From assembly GCA_028023455.1 (NCBI GenBank), contig JAQFVV010000003.1, positions 22,258,001 to 22,322,000 of the forward strand: DNA of 64,000 nt. The letters run 5' to 3'. Under the pieces are notes generated by a model that was not told the DNA's origin, ran no database searches, and saw only the letters and a program-made list of their open reading frames with translations. A program made the position numbers and the translations under genes. The stretch is from Epiperipatus broadwayi (taxonomy: Eukaryota; Animalia; Onychophora). Shown here one piece after another: positions 1-14,460 of this stretch (the stretch's first letter is position 1; the number at the start of each line of letters is the position of its first letter).

Positions 1-1633
1 GTGGGAGAAATGCAAGGCGGTTTAATAGAAATAGATTATGGGTAAGTTTAATAAATTTGGAAAATGGATGAAGCTTTAGTGGATATTATTAAGAAATTAT
101 ATGAAAATAATTACTATATGTATCAATTACGGGATATAGAATCAGTTAAAGTTAAAAATGGGGTGGGACTAAGGCAAGGATACCCTATGTCATTTATTTT
201 GTTGTATTTTAGAGAAATGGAGAGAGCAATAGTAAGACTAAGAATAGGGATAAAAATACCAAGGGAATACATATATTGTCAGCTCTTTTATATGCAGATG
301 ATGTTGTTTTGTGTGCCGAAAAAAGAGAAGATATGGAAGTTATACTGAGGATATGCGCAAGGGTGGGTAAAGAGATGGCAATTAAATTTAGTGAAGAAAA
401 ATAAAAAGTAATGATGATTAATACTGGCAAAGAGAAGATAAAGAATTTTATTGGGGATATAAAGTTAGATAGAATAATTTGAGAATTGTCTTAAGTAATC
501 AGAGAAATTGCATGGATGAATGGGAAAAAAAAAAGATACATGAAGCAAAGAAAAGAAAGGGATTGATAAAGAAATTAACAGTATTTTCATATAATAAGTA
601 TGATGTAGCTAGAATTGTATGGAAGGTGTGGCAGTAGCAGAGTTAACATATGGTAACAATGCGCTAGTAAAGGGGTATTAGATAACTTAGAACAAGTACA
701 AAGAGAAGTAGGAAGACATGCATTAGCTGCAGATGAGTGGATGACGAAGAAGGCAATTCAAAGAGAAATGGGATGATCAAGTTTAGCAAAATAAAAATGT
801 TCAGTAGATTGCAGTTTATGGATAATAAAAGAATAGCCAAAATAATATTTAATTGGGTTATGAGTAAAAGGCAGGCAATAAGATGGGCGAGAAAGGTAAT
901 GTGGTATGCAGATTGGGATAAAGAATTTATATCAGTATACTTGTACAAAAGGTGGGATGATTATGTTAGAATTGTTGAGTGTTATAGTGGTAAGGAATGG
1001 AAAAGAAGAATAGATGCATTAATAAAGAATAGGAGGTTGCAGAGATGGAGAACTAATATGGAGAGTAATAAGAGTTTAAATATATATAGAATTAAAGAGA
1101 ATATTGGGTATGAGTAATAACAGTTTAAATATATATATAGAGAGAGAATCAAACAGAATATTGGATGTGAGTTAATTTATGATAATATCAAGGAAAGTAG
1201 TTTACTGTTTAAGGCTCGAATGGGATCTTTAGCAACAAGGAAATATACACATAAATGGGAAAATATGCGTGATTTAGTTTGCAAGTTGTGTAAGAAAGGC
1301 ATAGAAAATATTAGATATCTGTTAATTGAATGTAAATGCTTACAAGCAGAAAGGGTGCAAATAATGAAATTGTGGGAGAATAAATATAAACAAAGTGATT
1401 ATATAAAAAAATGGGTTGTTTTTATGCTGGGTTTAGAAAAAGATAAAGAGGATTTAGATATAAAGGCCATGGAGTTGACAAAGATTATGTTGTGGAAATG
1501 GTATGGAACAGGATATGGGAAAACTTAGGGTGGGGAATGGAAAAGTAAGGTGGCTAACAGGCTTCTCTGGGCATGGTTGCTGAGAGATTCCTGACTCCGT
1601 ATAAGGAGAAGCCACAGTACATCACATCACATA
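1..1633 (+). mobile_element. Degenerate non-LTR retrotransposon (LINE), 3' part of ORF2: RT, C-terminal zinc-binding motif, 3' UTR and short repeat tail
   Basis: Frameshifted RT motifs GLRQGYPMS (ORF 64-348) and YADDVVLCAE (TATGCAGATGAT at 291-302). CKLCKKGIENIRYLLIEC (ORF 1220-1528) resembles the LINE C-terminal CCHC motif. Ends in a stem (1560-1613) followed by an (ACATC)n tail. Confidence 0.85.
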
Positions 1634-4179
1634 CCAGTCAAGTTCATATTATATATAAATTTAAAATGTGTTAAAATGTACAATTACATTTCAGAAATAT
1701 TTTTCTGTCAAGGAAGTCTTCCATTGTCTATTCTAAAAAAAGAAAAAGAATAAAATGGTTTTTTGCTTGGGAATTCGTAAGAAGTTCGAATGCTCGAAAT
1801 GATAGTTGATGATTGATAGACTTCAAGACCCAGAGTCTGCTATTTTATCGCTGGTCCAAATGATGTAGGACAATTGTTTCTCTAATACTTTATAAGCAAA
1901 AGTAAATGGTAAAATTTAGTAACATGAAAGCGAATAGTTTATTATTTAATTTTTTTAAAAAAAATTGAATTCATATCAGATTTAAATTCAAGTGTCTGTT
2001 TGAAAAATTGGAAGCAGAAGTTACTTGTAATTAGTTTTATATTCTCAGCATAATGCATTAGATTTTTTTTGTGTGTTAATTTTCCAGTTTAAACGTATAT
2101 TATTTTTTTAATTACATCATACTCTTTTTTTAGCATTTATGTGCCCCCCCTCCCACTAATTTAAAACCCAACTTTATACTTTTTTATATTTATTGTTTAA
2201 AATTGTATATATTATTGTATATGAGTGCTTCTATTTGAAGGGCTTCAATGATTAGCACATTTATTTCTCATTCAAATCTCGATAAATCTCAAACTTTTTC
2301 CTGCCAGCTGATTTCTAAATACACTCAAGGATTGTTTATATCAGAATTAAAATGTATGCAATAATTTCTAACCCAATACAGAATGATTTAGGATATTCAT
2401 TGAATTATTTTTGTTTAAAGTAAGTTTTGGATAAAAACATTGCACATATATATTAAGGCCATACAAATTAATTCATGGTAGCAGTATATAATTATTGGGG
2501 AAGACGAGTGCCTTGGCCTAATTGAATAAACTTTGTTTGGTTAAAATGCATATTAAAAATCAGTTGCAGATTTTCCCTCATTGACCACAAATCTATGAGT
2601 TTAAAAATAGTAGTTTCTAAAAATTTAAGGTTATGCACATGGTCGGTATGATATATTGGTTAAAGATGAAGATTATAAAATCTATATCTGGAATTAAAAG
2701 AAATGTAGTAATTTTAAATATGGTAATTGACTAATTTAATATCATTAATGTTATTTGTTGAATGATTGTTGGTTGAAATAAGTATTTGCTTAAAATATGG
2801 CATTTGTAAATTACATTTGACACAATTCCATCTAAATACATTTGAACTGCCTTTACTCATTTTAAAAGTATTATTAGATGTCAGTACTATAAGAAAACTG
2901 TTGTTAATTAAAAAAATATTTTTATTAAATAAAATATTCTGTGGATTCTTGAGTTCCACCTATGATTTAGACTGAGTTTAAAATACTAAGGCATGCAATA
3001 AATTACAATGATAGGATTTAAAAAACCTCTTATATTATGACTTTGTGTAGGATTCATAGGAGGCAGTAAATCAGTTTTACATTAATTAACAAAAACAATT
3101 TATTGGCTTTTTTAGCAATCATTTTTTAAAAAAATTAGATGCTTTTTTGGCCTCATAATTCTTTTTGTTTCTTTTCTGAAGATATTGACAATCTAAATTA
3201 TTTGTTGACTTTTTTTGAGTGATCAAGAAATTATATTTTAATATGGCTAATAAAGTAGCAGTATTTAATTAAAAAATAGTGTATAATATTTTTAAAATTA
3301 TATCAAAATATAATAGCATTTGATATCTACTAAATTGTTATATTTGTTTAAAAATTTTAAAAGCTTCTTTTAAATGTAACCCCCACCCACTTTGCATATT
3401 TTTTCCAACTTTTTTATTTGAAATTCTATTTATAAACCTAATTCCTCTGTAAGATGTAATGGTTAGTGCATCTAACTGTCAAGACAATATCTAAGTTCAA
3501 ATCCAGAATCTAAAATTTTTTTAAATAGGTGAAGATTTTTTCCAGTTAATTATTCAGTTATTAAATAATAAATGTTTAAATATGCTTGGTTCAATAGTAA
3601 AACAATGTACAAACATTCCAAAATTCGACCAATTAGCAATTGATAAGTTGATTTACTATTTATCTCTAAAAAGGTATTTGGAAAAATCTTTGCCTTGCAG
3701 TTATCTATATTATTCCTTTATATTTTGGCCAGTTATTAGAAATAATTTTCATATTTTTCTTGCTTGATTACATATTCTTATACGAAAATTATTTACAATC
3801 TTTAGAATCTTAATTACTCATTTGTGAAATTTTTTCAATTGACTATTACTTGTGTGTAGTGAAGCGATCAGTGTGTATGCACACACATAGCTTTATGTTA
3901 GTTGTTGGAAATAGTATACGTCTATAGATTTTTAAACCTCAAATATCTAATTTTTCATTTTTGTTTGTTAAAAGGGATAATATACAGATGCATGTGTGTG
4001 TCTTGGTGAATGAGAGTGCTCATATGTATATATGTCGTTTTATTGAAATGCATTATATATATATTTAGAAAGAAAAATATATTTCCTTTGTCTTATATAT
4101 TTGTCCTAAAAAGGCAATTCTTTCCTTGCGAATAACATTTTTATGGTTCTGTTTTTTTTTTTAAACATTCCGAAAGATG

Positions 4180-4433
4180 TAGTTGCATGGAAGTGTTAAT
4201 TTATTTTCTCATCTTTAAGGCCATTAAAAGGCAATTAAGATTTTCATACCTTGGTATAATCTTAACAGGATTGTGTCAGCTGTTTTAGATCAAAGATCAA
4301 CCCAGCTAGTTGCATGGAAGTGTTAAATTATTTTCTCATCTTTAAGGCCATTAAAAATGCAATTAAGATTTTCATACTTTGCTGTAATTTTAACAGGATT
4401 GTGTCAATTGGTTTAAATCAAAGATCAATCCAG
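4180..4433. repeat. Direct tandem duplication, 127-bp unit x2
   Basis: tagttgcatggaagtgttaa... starts at 4180 and again at 4307, with high similarity along the unit. Confidence 0.9.
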
Positions 4434-6515
4434 TGGTCTGTTTTCATTTCTAGCCAAGGCAGTTATAGTATAGGTGTTAATAAATATAGAGAACAAAGAG
4501 TTGCTTAGCAAAAGTTTTTATAAATACTGGGCTAAATTTTCGAGAAGGCAGTCAAAGAAAAAGAATCAAGACCGTTAAAGCCAAGCAGTGAAAGAATAAA
4601 AATAAAGTTGTTGACAGTGAAAAAAAAATTTTTTTTAAGGCAAAAAAGTTTTTAAGAGTCAAAGTGACTCTCTCTAAAGGACCAATTGACTATATTTAAG
4701 CGGAGAATAGATCAATTGCTATGGTCTGTGAGTAGGGTAAAGTTTATCCTTCCCTTTCTCTGAAAAATGCATCTAAAGAGGAGGAAGAAATCCAATTGAT
4801 CCCATGCGTGTGCCTGAAAGAAAATGGAAAACCAACTTCGAAGCCAGTCTATCCTGAGTCCAGTAAAGCCCAAGGTCGATCCTGACAATGAGTGAACCAG
4901 TAAGAAAATACCTGCCTCAATCAAAGTGACACAGTAATCCATCGCAAGTATAAACTTTCAATCTTTAGACAATATTTATATCTTAAAAATGCCTTTTATA
5001 AAAACGCAAGAACATTTAATTTCCGCAGATTTATAAAATTCGTAAAAGACTATCTTAAAAAAAGATGTGTTTCAAAAGGACAGTTATATATATGAGTGTT
5101 TTAGTTATTTATGATTATTGTTTTTAACAAGTCATTTGAATTATAACTAGATTAATTATTAATGGTTAAAAAAGAAAAGTGTAATGTATAATTCTAAGTG
5201 GAACAAAAGATTATTATAGAATTTATAAATACAGCTTTTATATGTTTTATTTTTGAGATATGCCGGTATGTGCAAATCTAGTCAAGTATGGGGACAAATG
5301 ATATTATACTATTAAACCAATTTATGTATAGATTTATTTGCTTTATCCCGAATCTCAAGTGGAAAAGGGGTAATGATTTTTTTTATAATGGTAAAATAAG
5401 AAACAGTCAAAGTTAAATTTCTTAAATCGTGTCTAATTCTGGCTTAGTTAAAAATGTCATTTATTTAAAAGAGAGAAAAGAAATCAAATATCTGTATTAA
5501 AAATCCGCCCTCTTCCTGTATATGCAAAATTACAGTACCTTGGTAAAGAAATTTAAAATATAAATGAGTGTTAAAATTATTTTATTTGATTTAGATTGAT
5601 TCTTTGTGACAATTAAAAAATGAAATAATATATCTATATATGCATTTATTTAAGTGTTGAAATAAAAAAAAATATTGATAGTGCTTCTTTCTCAAGTATA
5701 TAAAACGAGCAATATTACTTATTGCAAAGATATGTGTTCATCTCACTATATATATATTTAGTGATGCAAGTATTTGGGGAAAGAAATATCTCAGCAGTAG
5801 TATTTTTTTGCCTCTTTAGCATTTTATGGTTAAGATTTATATTTGAAACACTTGGGCGTTTTATAGCCTATAAGATATGGTTGTCTTAAATTTCCCCATT
5901 ATTACTTATTAAATACAGATTTAGGAAAATATCTATGCAGATATAAGTTAATGCTTTTAATGGGCAAATATATCAGTGGTGCTCAATAGAATGATCTGTG
6001 CCTATATGGCTTTTAACAAAGAATATATGTCGAGTAATGCTATTCGGACCGCCAGATGGATACTTTACCGGTCCTGGCGATATGAGATAGCCATGGTTTT
6101 CTTTGAGCCGATGAATGGGTAGACTCTATAATGTTAGGGATTCAAAGCCCACGCTCTATTATTTCCTACACAAGCCAAGCTGAATGCGGATGTGTTATCA
6201 TAGGAACATATATATATATATTACTGCTCGACAAAGGAGATTGGTCCATGTTTGCCAATGCTAATAATATAGCCAGCACAAGATCCAAACTCAGACGCCA
6301 CTAAATGCTGCAATTAGATTTCTTAATCATACCTGTTGGTAATGCTGTGTGAAATAGATAAACCATATTTATCATATAACTATTAATAATGAAGGAAGCT
6401 AAAATTATGCTTTGGTCCATAACTCCTGCTGGAAATACTAAAAGTAAAATATAATAAAAATATATATACTTAACTTCCCCTATGTATGTAAACACACACA
6501 TAAATTTATTATATA

Positions 6516-7530
6516 CACCTGGGTCTCGTTTTACACGATAGATAGGTTCCTCAGAAAACACGCGCAAAAATAGACGTAACTTACATTGAAAAAGGGGGGA
6601 TGCGGTCTGTGATTTTTCAAAATTCGCGCAAAAAAAAATATAAGGAAATAAAATATGACTAATAAAAAATTTCAAATTTAAAAAAAATTGATACAAGACG
6701 AACTTTTTTTAACTATAATATTTAATTTGATTCAAAATAATATATTTTTATGCATAATTTACAGTACAGTAATTTACATTTTTTATACACGTTCGTTTGC
6801 AAACAACTAGTGCCAACTTCACACTCATGTTGTAACAGTGGTTTTCTGGTGTCAACGTAATTAGTAATTAATCTTTGAGACGATGATTTTATTAATTGTT
6901 TATGAAACTAACAACTAAAAATTAAATTCTTATTTTTGTCTTTAATTTTCAATTCGGTTTAAAAATCAAATTTCACATTAATTTCAAGTTACAGTAAGTA
7001 ATTTTTAAACTGTTAATTACAATTAAAAATCAGATTTTAATTTTTAATTGTCAAGTTTAATTATGCCCACTGCTATTACTGACCTTTTAAAAATAAACTT
7101 GTGGACACTAAATGATTAATAATTAATTATGTTCTTTTTGAAAAAGCAAAAACAGAATGTGATTTAAAATGCAAAATTAACACGTACAATGTTTGAACAA
7201 ATTTACATTATAATCTTGTAAAATTTAATGTGTGTATACATAAAATGTGGAAATTATGATTTTAATTTCATTATTGCATAAAATATTACTATTATAAAGC
7301 ATTGAAAATATTGAAATTATTAAGATGAAAGTCGAATTCCAATAATGTGCTATTACTTTCAATATAACGTTAGTGCGCAAAATTTATTATTTAAAGTAAT
7401 AGCGCATTATCGGAGTTCATACACGTGGGTCTCTTTTCACGCGGACTTATTTAACACACTTTCAGTGAAACACGAATCGCGTAACTTCAAAATCGTGTTA
7501 AATAAGTCCGCGTAAAAAGAGACCCAGGTG
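6516..7530 (-). mobile_element. Non-autonomous DNA transposon (MITE), copy 1, probably Tc1/mariner superfamily
   Basis: TIRs CACCTGGGTCTC...GAGACCCAGGTG flanked by TA on both sides. Interior is the reverse complement of the copies at 44521 and 57915. Strand label is relative only. Confidence 0.9.
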
Positions 7531-7800
7531 TATATCTATTTGGCCTCTAACTTAATATAACCAGGTATTGTGTTTACTCTCCATAATTGGCATATTAATT
7601 TTATGGTGGCATATTTCTTGATAAAATATTATCATTCTCAATATAAAAATTTGTTTTATGCTGACACGTAATAATACTGATTATTTACTATGTGTGTAAC
7701 TATCATTTCTGGTTAATTTATAATTATTGTTTTGATTCAAAATTGTTGTTGTCATGAATTCCAGTATGACTTCATTGGTTGTCATTATTGACAGGTGACT

Positions 7801-8045
7801 TCTTTGTAAAAAAATCATACATTTATCCTAGTGATATCTAAATACTATACTTTTGTAAATAACTTATGGTTGAACATTGTAATTCTTGGTAAAATCATAT
7901 ATTTATCCTAGTGATATCTAAATACTATACCTTTATAAATAACTTATGGTTGAATATTGTAATTCTTTGTAAAAAATCATATATTTATCTTAGTGATATC
8001 TAAATTCTGTACCATTATCAATAACTGATAATTAAACATTGTAAT
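7801..8045. repeat. Tandem repeat, about 82-bp unit x3
   Basis: Repeated unit tctttgtaaaaaaatcatacatttatcctagtgatatctaaatactatac...aataacttatggttgaacattgta. Confidence 0.85.
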
Positions 8046-10074
8046 TATTTTTGTTTAAATGTAAACCCATACATGGATCATAATAAGATCCAAAAAAAAA
8101 AAAAGGTTATTATTATTTATATTTTCTAATGAATTGTGTTAATAAATTGTATATATCTATACCGTTGTCATGTCATTCCCTGGTTCATCATATCCACTCA
8201 ATCACATCCACACTTGATTAAGTCATATATGTATGTATTCAAAACCTATGAAATATTAAAAAATAATATTTTGAGCTATATCAGAGTATTTAGTGAGTAT
8301 CTTAGATTAAATTAATAAAGTCTAGTGCAGGATAGGCTAAGTTTGAATTGAGAGTCCTTGTTTCTACCCTGACCACCGGGACCGAAGAAAAACGATGACC
8401 ATTAGTAGCATCAGGAGCGTTGGTTGGATAGTGTAGATTTTGGAGCACTGGCAAATAGGTTAAAGCTTAGTACTGTTCCGCGACTACCATATCCCGAACA
8501 TACTGGGTTTGAAGTACTTTTGCTAGGTCTCTGAATCTTGTTGGCTGATCACATGATTCTGACCGTTACAGTAGCAATAATTTATTATATAATTTATTGG
8601 AAGTTTTGTGTAGAGAATGAATTCACTCAATAAATGATATATTGGGAACTTATATTTATCTGCAAAATTAATTAATAGCTAGGTTGACCAAAGATGCTAA
8701 TATCAAATATTTTACAATTATGTCTAGAATCTTCATTCTAAAATAGAATAATTCTCCAAAATTTTTATAAAAATACTTTTATGAAAATCTAGTCAGTGTG
8801 CAGTTTGCACAGTGATGAGTAAAATGATGTATTAAATATCTAAAAGTTCCTTCACTGAAGCTCAACCTGTCACTTCTAGTGATTAATCACATCATCAAAG
8901 CAACTGACCATTCAGAATGGTACATCAATGAAAAATTCAGCATATTATTGAAGAAATTATAAAACAAGAATAAATATCCAATTACAGTATGTATATGTAA
9001 AAAGCATGTAAACACAAATTTAAACAAAAGAACAGTATTGAGTTCAGGACATGCTACTGAAATCATTATTTACATGATCACAGACAAATATTTATTTCAT
9101 TTACAGTGACATGAGTTGGGGACAGGTTTCATATTTTTGAATATGGATAAAACAAATATTATAATTGTAGCTTAATCTAAGTCTAAATCCTTCACTAAGT
9201 CATAATGAAAAAAATTTCAGGTCAAGCTTAAATCTCTAAGGAATAACTTTTATGAATTTTATTGTACTCTTAATCAATTTCATTTCTAGCATCAAGCCAT
9301 TGTTTATAATACATATGTCTGTGGATAATAATGGTTTCTTTACTTTTCGGTAAATTTATTAAATTCATAAAATTAAATAGAAAGTGAGAATGGGACAGAG
9401 CTAGAAGATATATTTAATAGTTCAAAACTGAACAGCATTAAATATTAAATCTATCAGATTTTTCAAAAGTTAAGAATAGAGTATGTTTGAGAGATGAATT
9501 TTATCCAGCAAATGTATTTGAAATGAAAACAAATAAAACAGCAGCTCACAAAATCATTTTGTCCAATCTGCAAGGCAACTGGGAGTCATGAAATTCAACA
9601 AATCTAGTAGCTTTTTCACAACAACATACATTCGTATTATATAACATAGCACATAGAAAAGATCTTAAGAGTCAGTTATGTGAACATTGAACAAACTCCA
9701 AATCCAGAACAGTGATCAATGCAAAATAACACTGGCTACACACATTGGGTAGCTATTAAAACTTAAATTAGGTAATATCCTACAAATAGTGATTACAAAG
9801 CAAAATAATCTCATCTTTGGTGATATACACTGGATAGTTATTAAATCTTAAGTGATGTGACATTCTAGAAATGGCAAAATACTCTTAAGTGTTGATGATA
9901 CACAGTCACAAAGCAAAATAATCTTGTTGCTGATGATATACTCTGGATAGCTATTAAACTTGAAGGTTATTACATCCTACTAATAGTGATTATAAAGAAA
10001 AGATGGTTGATGCAGAATATCTATTTTGCCAAGAGAAATGAACAAATATTTTTTTTTGTTGAAATTAAAGCCAA

Positions 10075-10530
10075 ACCTGTGTGTAGTCTGGGTGATACAT
10101 TAGCAGCAATAAAAAAAACAATCTGGAGTGTCATTATAGCTTAAAACATGCTAAATTCAATGAATTGGAAACAACTGCATCTGGATAAAATTCATGCTCT
10201 TCAGCGGAGTTCGGAATCACAATAAGCCATTTTCACTAGATGTTGTGTTAGAGATATTATTCAGACACATTTCACATTATGTTGTAAGCAAGCTAATTGC
10301 AAATAAGCAGAGGCCTTATGTAGAAGGAGTATGTGGTGTATACTGCCAAGTTAACTCCAAAGCAAAATTGTTTCAGAGTGTTTATCTCGGAGAACTGTCT
10401 GAGATTGGATTATTGATTTAGTACAAGATATTGGACCAACACCGAAAGATTCTATAAGAGATTTCCAATTTTTCTCTTTGGCTTGTGACAAGACAATGGA
10501 TATAACAAATACTGTTCAACTGCTATCACT
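10075..10530 (+). mobile_element. hAT (Charlie/GTF2IRD2-like) transposase relic, N-terminal fragment
   Basis: Frameshifted peptides KKNNLECHYSLKH, LIANKQRPYVEG and FQFFSLACDKTMDITNTVQL resemble NL.RHY..KH, LIAK..KPF..GE and FSLALDESTDITDTAQL of this family. Confidence 0.8.
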
Positions 10531-10834
10531 GGAAGCTACGCATGACTAGGGATTGTCTTTCTCCCAGATTTCCTGGGATTATTGTAGGTGGAATTAAAAC
10601 TGAAAATTTCACAGCATTTTATTCATATATATATAAAGTACAAAATGAAACAAATTCAAAACTTACTTTTCAGAAAGTTAACTTTTTTTTTTAAACCATG
10701 ACAGACTAGTGACTACATTGTTAAATTTTTTTTATTTCATGTCAGTTTATTTTGAGATTGATTTGGCAATTGACATGTAATATGAACATAAGAAACACAG
10801 GAAATTTATAATTTTATCACAGAGTTTAGTTCTA

Positions 10835-12520
10835 AGTTTGATTATAAATAGACTTGCAGCGAAAAGGACCGTTCAGCTTCTACATTTGTTGGTAGAATAG
10901 TTTCGAGGCTTCCATTAGTTGCTTAAAAATTTCAAACTTCTTGGCTATATTCTTTGCTTGTGATTGACCTTCAGCTTTATGTTGAAGGCCTTTAGAAACA
11001 CATTGTTTGTTTTTTCATTAGACATGTCAATTTCTCACAAAGCATCTGCTGTTTTTCACTGTGTTACCTTCCTCAGAATGGAGTATAACAAATCAAATTG
11101 TGATGCTTTAGAAGCGGAAAACCCAAGATGACTTATTATTCATTTTGTTGTAACCAATATGGTTGACTTGACTGGAAATGGTTGCAACTCAATTTCTACC
11201 ATTTTTTCTACTTATTTTATAATACATTTTTTCTAATTTTTATATACTTCAATAATCTAACCAAAGCTTTTTGCCTTGTCTTCTTTATTCTTAAAATTAG
11301 AGCTTCCTGATTTTTTCTCAAAAAGATAGAATTTTGCTCAGAAAGTTCTTATACAATGAAAGAAAAACATTGCATCATGACTGCAAAGGTTTTGCAATCC
11401 AATTTCAATGAGTTCTAATGCACGCACAAGGTCATTCATGGGAGACTTTTGAACCATTCACACAATTGTTCTAACTTTATTAATGATATTAAATTGTTTT
11501 TGAAGCTTAGATTTGAATTTCAATTTTATCCTCTTTTAAATCTTCCTCACTGTCTTCAGTCATTTTTACTTCAATTGCACTTTTAGAATCATTCCATCTC
11601 TTGTATAGAACATTGCATATAGCAAAGTTTATACTGTGGGCATAGAAAAGTTGATGTTCACAATCTATCAACTGTCCGAATTTCACCATAACCCTCTCTC
11701 CATCCGTGATGCTCTGTTGATAATTTAAACTCCAATAACTTGTTTTACTTCTTCAATCATTTTCTCAGCATTTATTTTACTATTAATAGCAATCATTCCT
11801 AGATTCCAAAATTTGTATTTATCTCAATGAACATTGATATTTAAATAATGTTTGTTTTTAAGTGACGGATATTTGTTTAAAGAAAGACTGAATCTCTTAC
11901 CATTTTTTTTTAAAGATTGTTCAATTTCTTTATACTGTTTATACACTAGCTGCATAACATGATTGGAATTTTTAGGAAGAAGAAATCCTTTTTCACCGAA
12001 TACTTACTGAATAAATTCAATTTTACATATGACACCCATAGGAAATCCATCTACAGCTATAAGCTTTGCAATGGTTTATGCTTTTCTTTAAAAAATTAAA
12101 CAATGTTGGCTGAGAATGAACACTTTTTAAACATTCCATTTGCCATGCCTTTCTGTCCATTCACAAATCTTTCCACAAATTTCTATTTCTAAGTTTATCA
12201 ACTCCTTTTTGATGGTACTCTTTTTCTCTTTCCTACTAGTATCCACTTTAATATTTCCTTTGGTAATCTTTTGTGAAACATCCTCTTTACATGTCTCTAT
12301 GATTCTTGTTTTCCTGTTCTGATATGTTCAATATTCAGTATTTTTCAAATTTTTTTATTGCTTATACACTCTATCCTTAAATTTCCTGCAGGTCTTTGCC
12401 AATAATCTATTTCTGAACCCATCAATTTCCTTTTTTTCCTTCAACAGACAAATCTCACTTTCAAATGCAAGAATATTTATATTAAGGATTCCATGATTTT
12501 TTTGATCTACATTTGACAAT
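10835..12520 (-). mobile_element. hAT (ZBED-like) transposase relic with C-terminal dimerisation motif
   Basis: Minus-strand peptides YLNINVH, FWNLGMIAI, ITDGERVMVKFGQLIDCEHQLFYAHSI (ORF 11507-11689) and TILPTNVEAERSFS (about 10860-10905, hATC-like). Many stops and frameshifts. Confidence 0.85.
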
Positions 12521-12671
12521 TCTTTTTCCCCATCACTAGATTTTATCAGAGAACATAATAAAATTTGTCACTTTTTTTTAAATATATAGAAAAATGTAAA
12601 TATCTCAAAATTTTACTAATTACAACAGCACGTAACTTATACTAGTGTTTGAATATTTAAATTTCAGATTA

Positions 12672-12924
12672 TAATTATATCACAGAACATTCTAATTCTA
12701 AATACATTACTCATAATTAATTTGCCGGGAGATTCATAATGAAGCATTTTACTAAATTTGCAAATACAATATTACTTTTCATTTATCAATGCTCATTCAT
12801 TGGGCATTGATAAATGAAAAATAAAATTATATTTGCAAGTTTATCAAAATAATTCGTTATGAATCTGCCAGCAAAATAATTATGAGTAACGTATTTAAAA
12901 CAAAAATATTCTGTGATATGATTA
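12672..12924. repeat. Foldback inverted repeat (arms about 120 bp, 5-nt loop)
   Basis: Centre catttatcaatgctca-ttcat-tgggcattgataaatg; outer ends atatcacagaa / ttctgtgatat. Confidence 0.85.
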
Positions 12925-14029
12925 CATCTCAACTGCGTTTATTTTGGAGCAATGTCTCATCAAATGGTTACCATGTATTCTAATATCCATTACTATTATT
13001 TTCTATTTATTTAATAATAAATTCAATTTATAAGTATTTCTTTTTCAATATGATGCACTTCTTTGTATTTAATCAAATTTCATTTACTACATGAATAAAA
13101 AAAAAAAAAATTAAAATGAAGATTAAAGTATAAAAATTAAGATACATTTAATCTTTATTGTAAAATTAAGGTATATTTCTATATTAAAAAAATATAATAA
13201 TTTCTAATCTTAAAATGAAATTGTTTAAAGACAGCAGTCATCTATGAATGTATACTAATAAAGTAATGAATCGATATAATAAACATTAGATTGGAAACAT
13301 TGGGACATATAATGACTTGAGGCAATTGATAAGACACAGTTTATGGTAAAAAGCTTTATTGGAAGCTACTTTTATTTTTTCTTTAATTGGATGTGTATAA
13401 GACTTAGCATATAAGTATAAAGAATATGGAAATGTAGATTAAAGAATTAGTCATTCATTAATAAAAGTTGATTGATTTATTTAAACTTTAGTATAAAATT
13501 AAATATGTGTTAAAAAATACAGTAATTTCTAACCTTAAAAACAAACATTGATGATTGATGAATTTATTTAAAAGACAGATATATAGAAAATGTCCATGGA
13601 ATATTTGATGACTTGGACCAACTGATGAGAAATGGTTCACATAGAAATGTATTTTGACAGTCATTATATTCTTCTGGGTCTATAAATTCATGTTTAAAAG
13701 AAGTTGTGTTATTATTTATGTTATTTGAATAATGTATAAACTTTTGTTCCGAATAAACTTTATATGCCTACCAATAATATAAAAAAAATATAAAACAACA
13801 ACAACAACAAAAAAAAAAAACCCAAGGGAATAATAAAATAAAGAGCAAAGGAAAGAATTGTATTAATACTGTTCCAGTCATTCAGAGAAAATAAGATGTT
13901 CTTAGTCAGTAAAAAGACATATTATACAACTTATAAAAGTGTCAGAAGAAATCAAATATTTCAAAATTATTCTTTTAAGATCTCCATCACAAGAAAAAAG
14001 GTTTAGTATAACCAGACAATAATGAATCC

Positions 14030-14460
14030 AACATCTGTTGATATGTAGAGTGTACTGCTATATCATTGTGAAACATGCATATTAAATATGATTAGTAGGG
14101 CTAAAACACAAGTTTTTAAGATGTAGATATGAAGAAAAATGGAGAGGATTAGTTGTATATAAACAAAGACAAATGAAAAAATTTGATTGATTGTTGTTGA
14201 GAGATGGTTAATTTAGAGATTGGACAGTAAAGAAACCAGATAGAGCATATATTGAGAAAAAATAATTGTTTAATGACAAATATATTGGAGGAAGTCTGAA
14301 TGCTAATCGAAGAAAGTTAAAAAGATTAATGTATGGATTAAATGAGTTACATGAAGTTGACTCAAGATTGAACAGAGCAGAATGAAAACAATTGACTTGT
14401 TTGTATGATTGCTCTCTGGATCCATCCATAGGGGACCCATACTAATAATAATAATAATGA
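14030..14460 (+). mobile_element. RTE-like LINE 3' fragment
   Basis: Decayed VLLYHCETC..QVFKM..RKMERISC..KTNEK and LMTNILEG resemble the RTE post-RT motifs VLLYGCETW..FEMWCYRRMLRISW..TNEEV and LLKTILEG. Ends in a (TAA)n tail at about 14442-14460. Confidence 0.7.
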
